A DNA stretch of 64,000 bases from Parvularculaceae bacterium (GTDB lineage: Bacteria; Pseudomonadota; Alphaproteobacteria; Caulobacterales; Parvularculaceae): contig JAWKVJ010000005.1 in NCBI GenBank assembly GCA_041398085.1, positions 21,383-85,382 on the forward strand, in the 5' to 3' direction. Of the stretch, positions 52,360-60,865 are shown piece by piece. The translations under genes and the position numbers were made by a program. Numbering within the stretch: the first letter of the stretch is position 1; each line of letters opens with the position of its first letter. Under the pieces are notes generated by a model. The model worked only from the letters and a program-made list of their open reading frames with translations. It was not told the DNA's origin and ran no database searches.

Positions 52360-52803
52360 TTACTGCGGATTGCTGTCGTCGCCTGACGCATCATCCATCG
52401 CGTCAGCAGCGTCGTTCATCGAGTCCGCAGCATCGTCCATCGCGTCAGCGGCGTCGCCCATCGCGTCACCGGCCGCGTCCATCGCATCACCAGCTGCGTC
52501 GTTCATCGCGTCACCAGCGGCGTCCATCGCATCGCCAGCCGAATCCATGGCGTCGCCTGCTGCGTCGCCAGCCGCATCCATGGCGTCACCGGCGGCGTCG
52601 CCAGCTGAATCCATCGCGTCGCCGGCCGCGTCCATCGCATCACCGGCCGCATCCGTCGCGGCGTCGGCTGCATCGTCGGCGGCTGCCGCAGCGTCGTCCG
52701 CGGCTTCAGCAGCTGAATCAGCTGCTGCATCTTTCTTTGCACAGGCCGTCATCGACATCGCGCCGAGCGACACTGCCAAAACAATCATCCACTTTTTGCT
52801 CAT
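52360..52803 (-). CDS. Ala/Asp-rich low-complexity lipoprotein with DAAGDAM heptads
   Basis: MSKKWMIVLAVSLGAMSMTAC lipobox; degenerate 21-bp repeats; own terminator. Confidence 0.82.
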   Translation of the reverse strand: MSKKWMIVLAVSLGAMSMTACAKKDAAADSAAEAADDAAAAADDAADAATDAAGDAMDAAGDAMDSAGDAAGDAMDAAGDAAGDAMDSAGDAMDAAGDAMNDAAGDAMDAAGDAMGDAADAMDDAADSMNDAADAMDDASGDDSNPQ

Positions 52804-53079
52804 GATCCTTGCACCCCTGCTGGCGCCAGCCGTGAATTCGGCGGCGGAATCGGGGCCCTTCTGTCAGATTTTTGCCCGTGCGTCAAAGCGTTGGCGCGCG
52901 CCGCCGCATGTAATTTCAGTCAATTTCGACGTCGAATTGTTGAAAAAACACAGATTCGGCGCAGATGGCCCGCCCAAAATTACCGATAGGAAAGGTGCCG
53001 AAGCGGTCAGATCGCCTTGGGCCAAGAGCAAAGAGGCGCTAGCCTTGGGCGAAAGACGTCGCTCAAGGGAGAAGAGAGA

Positions 53080-53814
53080 ATGCGCCAGAAATTATTGATC
53101 GCCGCCGCCGCCGCGATGGCCATGACGCTCGGAGCCGCGAAAGCGGAAAACGCCGACAGTGTGTGGCCGGAAGGCATGCCGAAACCGACGGCGAGCTATG
53201 AAGGCGAATATCAGATGACAGCGAATGGCGAGACGGACGCGATCACCATCAACAGCGCCGACGGCAAGCAGCGCATGACCTTTCCGGCAGGATCGAAACT
53301 CGCTGGCAAGAAATCGAAATTCGCGCGCGTCGCCGTGATCGAACCGAACGCCGGCTCGATGCTGATGTGGCCGGAAGGAAAAGGCGCGCCCAAAATTGCA
53401 ATGACCATGAACCGCGCCGACGCTTCCAATATGGCCGCGGCCTTCGGCGTTGACGACGCGGCGCGAGTGACGGCGAAAAAAACGGGCGCCGACAAAGTGC
53501 TCGGCATCGATTGCGCCGTCTACGAACTCAAGACCGTTGGCGGCTCTTCCACGACATGCGTGACGCGCGACGGCATGGTTTTGCGGTCGAAGGATTCAAG
53601 CGGCTCGAGCATGGAGGCGACGTCGATCAAGCGAGGGGCCCAGGCGGCTTCGCTCTTTGCTCCGCCTACGGATTATGAAGTCGCCGACATGGGCGAATGC
53701 ATGCGCCTCGCCGCCGATATGATGGCCGCCGCCCGCGCCGGCAAGCAGCCCGACATGGCGAAGATGCAAAAGTGCCAGGAGCTTGGCGAGAAGATGAAAG
53801 GCTTCGACCAGTAA
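53080..53814 (+). CDS. Secreted hypothetical protein (DUF4412-like)
   Basis: Signal peptide; KTGADKVLGIDCAVY, CVTRDGMVLR, LFAPPTDY segments. Confidence 0.65.
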   Translation: MRQKLLIAAAAAMAMTLGAAKAENADSVWPEGMPKPTASYEGEYQMTANGETDAITINSADGKQRMTFPAGSKLAGKKSKFARVAVIEPNAGSMLMWPEGKGAPKIAMTMNRADASNMAAAFGVDDAARVTAKKTGADKVLGIDCAVYELKTVGGSSTTCVTRDGMVLRSKDSSGSSMEATSIKRGAQAASLFAPPTDYEVADMGECMRLAADMMAAARAGKQPDMAKMQKCQELGEKMKGFDQ

Positions 53815-55623
53815 TCACTCGCTCCTTTGCGTCGCTGCAAGCCCGAGCCGTTCAATCGGGCTTTCACCTTTCGCACCTTTCTTGGCGAGTTCGCCGAACG
53901 GAACCGGCTTTTTCGGCTTTGCGACAAAATCAAGAACGCCGCCTTTCCCGAGGAAATCCGCAAAGGCCGTAATCAGCATCGGCGCCGGCGAGGAAGCCGC
54001 GCCGGCCCGCATCGCAAGCGCTGCGGCCGACCGCAGCGTATTTGGATCGACCTTGTCCGGATCAACGCCCGCCTTTTGCGCCTGCGCGGCGGCGGCCATT
54101 GCAAAGCCCTTGTCGATGACGCCCTCATCTTTAAGGCTCGACGTAAAGCCGGTCAGTTTCGCGCCAGCGAATTCAAGCAGCATGCCTTCAAAATCAACCT
54201 CGCCCGTTTTCTTGTCCTGATAGGCGGCGAGCGTTCGCATCGCCGGCATGGCGGCGCCAAGATTGAATTTCAGATCGCCAATGCCGTCGATTGTTGAATC
54301 GACGATTACGGAACTTGCGCCCGTCGCCGGCGCCCAGAGATAGTCGGCCGTGTAGGAAACATCATAGCGCGCAAGGCCGTAGCGTTTCAGATTATCGATC
54401 ATCGCCGCCATGTCGGGTTGCGGCGCGTCGCCTTTCGCGACGGCGCTCGCCTCCGAAGCGAATTCCATCAGCGCGCCAATATCGTAAACGAAGTGATCGA
54501 CCGACATGCTGACCGACGTCGGCATCAGCCATTCAAATTTTGTAAGATCGGTCACCGCCGATTTGACGGAATAAAACGGCAAGCCGTTCAGCGAATAACG
54601 CTCTCCCTCGGCGCGCCAGACGCCAAGGCTCAAAAGATTCTTCTCACGCGCCGGCGGCGTCTCGCCGCGCGACCAATAGTCGAAGAGCTTTGCAAGGCGC
54701 ACATCGCTGATGCGGTAAAGATCGACGCCGCCCGCCATATCGAGCGCCGGCGTCTCGCCCCTCTTTGGCGCGGCCATTTCAAAGGTCAGGCCTTTGGAGA
54801 CGGCCTCGTCGAAATCGCCGCGCTTCAATCCGCGATAGGCGGCGTAATCGAGCGCCATTTTCATCTTTTGCGCGCCGCCCTCGCCATAGACGAAGTCGAT
54901 CTTCATATCGCGCGAGAGGAACCCGTCAGCGCTGACGGCGCGCGCGGCTTCCGCGTAAAGCTTGAACGCACCTGCAAGACCCTCGGGCTTTTCCGCGCTA
55001 TCGGCAGCGGCGCCGACCGGATAAATCGTCAGATTGTCGGCGACGAGGCGCGCGGCCGAAATGGCGTAGGTCTCAACCGAGCCAAGCCCGGCGAGATCAT
55101 TTTTCAACAGCGCCTTTTCTTTCTCCGCGCCGGTCTTGTCCGCCGCCTCTGCAAGCGCGCGAACATAGCCCGCCGTGAAATCCGCCATCAGTTTTTCCAG
55201 GCCGAAACTTTGAACGCCTTTCATGTCGATACGCGAGGCAAGCTTCTTTTCCGCGGCGCCGTCTTCGCCAAGCGAGGCCGCATCGACGCCGTAAAGGCGA
55301 AGCTCAGCGATTTTCAATCCCGCAAGATGCTTCGCGCCGAAAGTGAGCGTGACGCCGCGCGCGACAGCGCCCGCGCCTTCCGGCTTGAAGGAGGCGGCTT
55401 TCGCCGCGCCGACGCCTTCAAGCGCTGCAAAGACCGCGCGATAATCCGCCTCGCTGGCGAGCGCTGTTGCGGGCGCAGCCTCCAGCGTCGCGAAATAATC
55501 GCCTTGAGCCGCCCTGCTCGTTGTCGGCGGCGGCGCGCCCGGCGTAGCGCAGCTTGCAAGCGCGCCCGTAACGGCAAGCGCCGCCAGCAGGCTGAAAAAT
55601 GCTCGTGAAGTCTTCATGGCCAT
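53815..55623 (-). CDS. Large hypothetical lipoprotein
   Basis: GAGGGG RBS before ATG 55623; lipobox LASC; host-like codon usage. Confidence 0.75.
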   Translation of the reverse strand: MAMKTSRAFFSLLAALAVTGALASCATPGAPPPTTSRAAQGDYFATLEAAPATALASEADYRAVFAALEGVGAAKAASFKPEGAGAVARGVTLTFGAKHLAGLKIAELRLYGVDAASLGEDGAAEKKLASRIDMKGVQSFGLEKLMADFTAGYVRALAEAADKTGAEKEKALLKNDLAGLGSVETYAISAARLVADNLTIYPVGAAADSAEKPEGLAGAFKLYAEAARAVSADGFLSRDMKIDFVYGEGGAQKMKMALDYAAYRGLKRGDFDEAVSKGLTFEMAAPKRGETPALDMAGGVDLYRISDVRLAKLFDYWSRGETPPAREKNLLSLGVWRAEGERYSLNGLPFYSVKSAVTDLTKFEWLMPTSVSMSVDHFVYDIGALMEFASEASAVAKGDAPQPDMAAMIDNLKRYGLARYDVSYTADYLWAPATGASSVIVDSTIDGIGDLKFNLGAAMPAMRTLAAYQDKKTGEVDFEGMLLEFAGAKLTGFTSSLKDEGVIDKGFAMAAAAQAQKAGVDPDKVDPNTLRSAAALAMRAGAASSPAPMLITAFADFLGKGGVLDFVAKPKKPVPFGELAKKGAKGESPIERLGLAATQRSE

Positions 55624-55796
55624 CCCCCTCAAATAATTCGCGGCGCGACCATAGCCGGTTTGCAAACCTTTGGAACCGCCAGCGCCGGACAATCCGTGCC
55701 TTTGACCCCATAGGACGAAACGAGGTTTCATGCGGGGTTCAGCGCGTTTGTCCGCATAATCCGTAACGACGAGAGCGGCAGTTTTCCGCGCCATCT

Positions 55797-56699
55797 TCAT
55801 CGCGGCTCCATCCGCCAGAAGACGCCGTCGGGAACAGGCTCGGCGCTCAGCGATTTCAGGAAGAGATAAAGGTCGTCTTTTTCCGCTGCCGTGAGCGTCT
55901 GATAGCGGTCGGGCGCGACGAGCCCCATCAGTTCAAGCTGGCGCTCGCCCATCGCAACGCCGGTCGTGATGAGTTTTTCAAAATCCTCGCGCAGGTAAGC
56001 CGCGACGATTGCAAGGTCGGGCGTCCAGTCGCCCTCGTAGAGAACCTGGCCGCGCAGATCGAGCCCGTGGCATTCATTGCACATCGTCATGGCGAGATAT
56101 TCGCCATGCGCGCGGCGGGGCTCCGCTTCCGCATCGACGAACAACGCGGGCACGCGCGCCGCCCAATGCGCCATGTCGGTTTCCTCGCCCTTGATGATCG
56201 AAAGCCGCGTCTTCCAGCCGAGCGAGGCGCGCGGCAGTTTTGCTTTTCGACCGGCCGATTTCAAGAAGGCGATGAGCGCGGCCATGTCGTCATCGGCAAG
56301 GCGGCGGAAATTGTAGGACGGCATCGACCACAGCGCGCGGCCGTTTGCGCCGACGCCATGGCGGACCGCCGCTTCGATGACCGCCGCGTCATGGCGCTTG
56401 GCGTAATCGGCGAGATTGGGCGCGACGGCGCGGCCGACCCAGTCCCACTGGTCCTTGAAATCCTTGCCTTCAAGCTTTTGCCCGTGACAGCCGAAACAGC
56501 CGCGCGTGCGCGCAAGGCGCCGCCCGCGCTCGATCGAGGCGGCGTCTTCCGGGATCGGATGATCGAAGGCGGGCGGGCGCTTCGCTGAACGCAGCTTCGC
56601 CTCGCTCAGCACGAAAACGCCGCCATACCAGATAACGGGCGCGGCGAGCGCCGCAGCGATCAGTATCAAGACGATGCGCTTCACCGGCGCCCTCCCCAT
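55797..56699 (-). CDS. Membrane-anchored diheme c-type cytochrome
   Basis: Two CxxCH motifs (CFGCH, CNECH), APNL and MPS segments, N-terminal hydrophobic anchor. Confidence 0.88.
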   Translation of the reverse strand: MGRAPVKRIVLILIAAALAAPVIWYGGVFVLSEAKLRSAKRPPAFDHPIPEDAASIERGRRLARTRGCFGCHGQKLEGKDFKDQWDWVGRAVAPNLADYAKRHDAAVIEAAVRHGVGANGRALWSMPSYNFRRLADDDMAALIAFLKSAGRKAKLPRASLGWKTRLSIIKGEETDMAHWAARVPALFVDAEAEPRRAHGEYLAMTMCNECHGLDLRGQVLYEGDWTPDLAIVAAYLREDFEKLITTGVAMGERQLELMGLVAPDRYQTLTAAEKDDLYLFLKSLSAEPVPDGVFWRMEPR

Positions 56700-56863
56700 T
56701 CCTTGCCGCTTTCCAGCCTATGCGCGTTCTCGCCCATTTCCACCTTTCGATTTGCGCCGCGCCGCATGGATTGGCGCGCCGCGCGATGATTTCACGGTAA
56801 GCATCACGGGGAGCATGATAAGGGCGCCGCAGGGGGTGGGGGATAAGTATGGCAATTATATAC

Positions 56864-56892
56864 TTGACTGAACACTGCTCACAACCTATGTT
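56864..56892 (+). promoter_or_regulatory. Putative transposase promoter with -35 inside the left TIR
   Basis: TTGACT-N17-TATGTT upstream of GGAG and ATG 56915. Confidence 0.65.
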
Positions 56893-56914
56893 TGAATCAT
56901 ACGGAGCCAAGATC

Positions 56915-57871
56915 ATGTCAGTGAACCTCAAAAACCCCATTTTCCTCAGCGAACAGGCCGCCCGCGAGCACCTTGAAAAGCTCCGTTGGGCAGACGGCGC
57001 TTATTGCCCTCGCTGTGAAGGCAAGGACGTGGTGAAGCTCTCCGGCAAGGCTGGCGAGATGGGCCAGTATAATTGCCGCTTCTGCCGCAAGAAGTTCACC
57101 GTGACTGTCGGAACGATCTTTGAGCGCTCCCACATTCCCCTCACCAAGTGGATGCTCGCTTTCCATCTCATGACCGCTTCAAAGAAGGGCATGAGCGCGC
57201 ACCAACTCCACAGGATGTTAGACGTTACCTACAAATCCGCTTGGTTCATGGCGCACCGCATTCGCGAAGCCATGGCCCCTTCCAAGAAGGGTGCAAAGGA
57301 ACCCCTAGGCGGCAAAGGAAAGATTGTTGAGGCCGACGAGACCTACATAGGCGGCAAGGACAAGAACAAGCACAGGAACAAGCGCCCCGCCAAAAATCGC
57401 GGCAAGGGCGGAGCCCTGAAGGAAACCGTGGTTTCCCTCGTCGAACGTGACGGCGCTGTGCGTTCCTTCCATGTCGCGAACGTCTCTGGCCAGAAGCTAA
57501 AACCGATCCTCTATTCGCAGATTGACCGCGCCTCGACGCTCATGACCGATGAAGCCGTTCACTACAAAGGCCTCGGCGGCGAGTTCTCCGGCCACTATTC
57601 CGTCAATCACAGCATCGGCGAATATGTGCGCGGCGGAGCGCATTCAAACACCGTGGAGAATTATTTCTCCATCCTGAAGCGCGGCATTACCGGAACCTAT
57701 CACCATGTCTCAGAAGCGCACCTAAAGCGCTATCTAGCCGAGTTCGATTTCAGATATTCGAACCGCTCAGGGCTGGGCATCGAAGATACCGAACGCGCTG
57801 ATCTCGCTCTAAAAGGCTCAACAGGAAAGAGGCTCACCTATCGGCGGCCTCGTTTTACCTACGTCCACTAA
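56915..57871 (+). CDS. IS1595-family DDE transposase
   Basis: Zn finger CPRC...YNCRFC; VEADETYIGG, LMTDE, NTVENYFSILKR, YLAEFDFRYSNR. Confidence 0.96.
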   Translation: MSVNLKNPIFLSEQAAREHLEKLRWADGAYCPRCEGKDVVKLSGKAGEMGQYNCRFCRKKFTVTVGTIFERSHIPLTKWMLAFHLMTASKKGMSAHQLHRMLDVTYKSAWFMAHRIREAMAPSKKGAKEPLGGKGKIVEADETYIGGKDKNKHRNKRPAKNRGKGGALKETVVSLVERDGAVRSFHVANVSGQKLKPILYSQIDRASTLMTDEAVHYKGLGGEFSGHYSVNHSIGEYVRGGAHSNTVENYFSILKRGITGTYHHVSEAHLKRYLAEFDFRYSNRSGLGIEDTERADLALKGSTGKRLTYRRPRFTYVH

Positions 57872-58011
57872 GCACAAGGCGAAGCGCTTCTTGCGCTGGC
57901 GCGCCCTAAAGGGACCAAAATAGACCTCGGCGCGCGGCGCGCGCAATATTGCACCGCGGCGCAGAAAATGATACCGGGGCGCATAATTCCTTAACGGCGC
58001 GCGCGGGCATC

Positions 58012-59256
58012 ATGAACGCATTTGTTACTAGAGACGAGGTTTTCATAGCTGGTGGCCAGCCAACCATTACCTATGTGGATCGGCAAGAAGAGCATGTTGA
58101 GCGCTCATTCGCCCGAGCTATTGCTACGCCAAACCAGATCGTCTCTCTGTCCGGACCGTCCAAGACGGGTAAGACGGTTCTTTGCCGGAAAGTTTTGAGC
58201 AACCGCGAATACGTGTGGGTAGACGGCGGCCAGATTAGTGACGCAACCAGCTTTTGGAATGCGGTTTGCGCAGAACTGTCGATGCCTTCGGAAACAGAAA
58301 CAACGCGATCTAATGAAACCGAGCTAGGCTTGGAAGGTAAGGTTCCTTTAGTTGCAACGGCAAAAGGATCGCAGCTCTTCGCTTCTTCTTTTACCGAGAA
58401 GAAGACCGTCGCAACGGTCGCCAATGCAATCGCGTACATGCTCAAACACAAAATCATTCTTGTGATTGACGATTTCCATTATATCGAAGGTGAAGTTGCT
58501 AAAGAGCTGATGCGAAACATAAAGGGCGCTGTTTTTAATGGCCTTAAAGCCGTTTTGCTTTCGGTCACCCATCGTGTTTTTGACGCTATCAAGGCTGAAT
58601 CCGAACTTACTGGCCGTTTCATAGCTGTTACTCTTCCGCATTGGACCGAAGAAGACCTACGGCAAATCCCAATCAAAGGATTCAAAGCGCTCAACATACA
58701 ATGTGACGACGCCATCCTCGATGTTCTCTGCAAAGAAGCGCAGGAAAGCCCCTTCCTAATGCAAAAATTCTGTTGGGAAATATGCTTCGAACTCGACATT
58801 GATAGGCAAGCTATTGTGCGATCTCATGTAATCCCCTCTGATTTCGACCTAAACGCCATGTTTAGATTGATCGCAAAAGATGCTGGTTTGCCAATCTATC
58901 AGAAGCTCGCCGCCGGCCCCCAGAGTCGAAAGGTCCGCGCAAAACGCCCACTCAAAGATGGCAGCGAAGTTGATATATATCAGGCAATTCTATTGGCTCT
59001 TGCAGAAACAGGCCCAAAGTCGGCTGTTCCTTATGATGAGCTGCGTGCATCATTGAATGACATCTTGAAAGAGATGGTCCCTCAGAAGCATGAGATTACA
59101 TCGGCGCTAAAACACTTAGCGAAAATTTCGAAAGATATTGGCGCAGAGACCGCTGTTGATTGGGATGACGCCAAACGCGAGATTAATATCGCCGAGCCAT
59201 ATCTGCGTTTCTTTTTGCGGTGGCAGATAAAGAGAAACGGTTCACGGAAGGCCTGA
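58012..59256 (+). CDS. P-loop AAA+/STAND-like ATPase with probable C-terminal winged helix (IS cargo)
   Basis: Walker A GPSKTGKT, Walker B ILVIDDFH, ESPFLMQ motif, C-terminal IAEPYLRFFLRW; AT-richer than host. Confidence 0.85.
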   Translation: MNAFVTRDEVFIAGGQPTITYVDRQEEHVERSFARAIATPNQIVSLSGPSKTGKTVLCRKVLSNREYVWVDGGQISDATSFWNAVCAELSMPSETETTRSNETELGLEGKVPLVATAKGSQLFASSFTEKKTVATVANAIAYMLKHKIILVIDDFHYIEGEVAKELMRNIKGAVFNGLKAVLLSVTHRVFDAIKAESELTGRFIAVTLPHWTEEDLRQIPIKGFKALNIQCDDAILDVLCKEAQESPFLMQKFCWEICFELDIDRQAIVRSHVIPSDFDLNAMFRLIAKDAGLPIYQKLAAGPQSRKVRAKRPLKDGSEVDIYQAILLALAETGPKSAVPYDELRASLNDILKEMVPQKHEITSALKHLAKISKDIGAETAVDWDDAKREINIAEPYLRFFLRWQIKRNGSRKA

Positions 59257-59269
59257 CACGCAACATATT

Positions 59270-59428
59270 TCAATCCTGCTTCTTGGTTTTCCGTTTCGTC
59301 GCCCTCTTCTTCGCTGGCGGCTTGTCGATCTTGGAGCCGTGTTTCTGCGGCTTCATTTGAAGGGCGCGCTTTAGCGCGGCGTCTCGTTTCTTGTCATCGG
59401 AGTCAGATTTCTTGCCAGAATTAGACAT
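59270..59428 (-). CDS. Small very basic protein, 52 aa (IS passenger)
   Basis: MSNSGKKSDSDDKKRDAALKRALQMKPQKH...; ORF only. Confidence 0.45.
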   Translation of the reverse strand: MSNSGKKSDSDDKKRDAALKRALQMKPQKHGSKIDKPPAKKRATKRKTKKQD

Positions 59429-59984
59429 ATATAGCCCGCTTGAGTTGGACGACGAGCTTTGCCGCCAACTCGGCATATTAACTGCCAGATGGTCCATGTT
59501 GGAAGAGGCGCTTTATCGCCTGTTAGGCCATCTCATCGGAGATGAGGACACGGCAAGGAAAATGTATTTCTCTCTCGGGGCGTTTCGACAACGCATCGAA
59601 TTGATCAAAGCAGCCGCCGACGAACAAATCCTCATTGAGGGGGACTTTTTCACTTGCTCAGATTTGCTCACCAAAATCTATGATCTATTCAAGAAACGCA
59701 GCACGCTCATACATCGGGCATATTGCGTCGTGGTGCGACTAGATAATGGCCAGTCTGAACTCTGGAATGTTCTTTTTCACATTGACCAGATTAAACTCGA
59801 AAATGCAAAAAAGAGATACATAGGGATAATCGGCGAGGGCGACCCCAAAAGAATAAACAAGGCCACATTTTCTAGTCACAACAAGCGCGTCATTGAACTC
59901 ATCGACAAAATCATCGAGATCAATTCTGCTCTCAATTGCGCTGGGATTCCCCTTCGACGTGATGAACAGAAAGACGCGCCATAG
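59391..59984 (+). CDS. Helical protein with HEPN-like R-X4-H motif (IS cargo); start uncertain
   Basis: LGILTARWSMLEEAL helix and RSTLIH motif (59697-59714). Confidence 0.6.
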   Translation: MSSESDFLPELDIYSPLELDDELCRQLGILTARWSMLEEALYRLLGHLIGDEDTARKMYFSLGAFRQRIELIKAAADEQILIEGDFFTCSDLLTKIYDLFKKRSTLIHRAYCVVVRLDNGQSELWNVLFHIDQIKLENAKKRYIGIIGEGDPKRINKATFSSHNKRVIELIDKIIEINSALNCAGIPLRRDEQKDAP

Positions 59985-60144
59985 CCCTATAGACAGCCGT
60001 GGCGACAGCCTCATATGTTGACCTGAGCCCGTCAGGCCCCTCATCTAAAAATAGAACCCTTGCCCCCGCCTCGATCATCTCGGGCGTGACCTCAATTTTC
60101 GCCGGCCTGTCACCGGATTCGTATGCCTGATCCGTTTTGTTCAT
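59932..60144 (-). CDS. Small hypothetical protein, 70 aa, starting inside the right TIR
   Basis: IEVTPEMIEAGARVL...AVYRAM, a pattern I recall from small phage/IS proteins; ORF only. Confidence 0.5.
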   Translation of the reverse strand: MNKTDQAYESGDRPAKIEVTPEMIEAGARVLFLDEGPDGLRSTYEAVATAVYRAMARLSVHHVEGESQRN

Positions 60145-60286
60145 TCAAGTATATAATTGCCATAAGTATTTTTATTCCGAGCCCGAACAACGGACTATAT
60201 GGTTAAACTCAACCTATTGGGATACGCGCTAATTTTGGCTGATGCAGCCATTGCGAGCAGCGCTGATCGTGGAATAGACGCGATTC

Positions 60287-60519
60287 TGTCATCCCGGGGC
60301 GGCGAAGCCGATCCCGGAGTCCATTTGCGCCCCACGCCGCATTTCTTGTCATTCCGGAATTCGCCAAAGGCGAATATCCGGAATCCATAATTGCAACGCT
60401 CAAAGAAAGAAGATGGATTCCGGGTTCTTCGCTTCGCGAAGCCCCGGAATGACAGGAAAAGTTTGCCGCGCGCCAAGTTTGTCATTCCGGGGCCGCCAAA
60501 GGCGGAACCCGGAATCCAT
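60287..60519. repeat. Left array of four TGTC-tagged REP-like hairpins (F,F,R,F)
   Basis: Copies at 60287-60324, 60347-60388, 60413-60454 (reverse), 60480-60519; consensus TGTCATTCCGG-[inner hairpin]-CCGGAATCCAT. Confidence 0.95.
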
Positions 60520-60562
60520 TTGCGTCTTCAACAACTCGCCATGACCCATTACGCTTTGCAGG

Positions 60563-60853
60563 ATGAAACAATACTACGTCTACATTCTCGCAAGCTGCCG
60601 CAACGGCACGCTTTATGTCGGCGTCACCAATAATATCGGCGAGCGCGCCTACGCCCACCGCGAAGGGCGCGGCTCAATGTTTACCAGCAAATATGATGTG
60701 AAGTTGCTCGTCTATTTCGAAGTATTCGACCGCATCGACGACGCCATCGCCCGCGAAAAAATCCTGAAGAAATGGAAACGGCGGTGGAAGATCGATCTCA
60801 TCGAGAGCATGAATCCCGGCTGGAACGATCTTTATCTCACCCTGAATCATTAA
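60563..60853 (+). CDS. Stand-alone GIY-YIG nuclease, 96 aa
   Basis: YVYIL...LYVGVT, ERAYAH, LVYFE, AIAREK, NPGW; the expected Tyr, Arg, His, Glu and Asn residues are present. Confidence 0.93.
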   Translation: MKQYYVYILASCRNGTLYVGVTNNIGERAYAHREGRGSMFTSKYDVKLLVYFEVFDRIDDAIAREKILKKWKRRWKIDLIESMNPGWNDLYLTLNH

Positions 60854-60865
60854 GCGGCCTCAATT

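Larger units (their letters stand above)
56851..60161 (+). mobile_element. Complete IS1595-family element with passenger genes, 3311 bp
   Basis: TIRs at 56851-56874 and 60138-60161 match 23/24 (GGCAATTATATACTTGA[C/A]TGAACA); ATAAGTAT is duplicated at 56843-56850 and 60162-60169. Confidence 0.95.

Noticed and set aside
52370-53098. Long Ser/Ala/Pro-rich plus-strand ORFs (also 49951-50430, 50165-50695, 52356-52805)
   Set aside because: Antisense shadows of the repeat lipoproteins, which have lipoboxes on the minus strand.
57813-57923. Frameshift extension of the transposase (+1 frame ending KAKRFLRWRALKGPK)
   Set aside because: Short open frame with no start codon or clear slippery site; cannot be supported without alignments.
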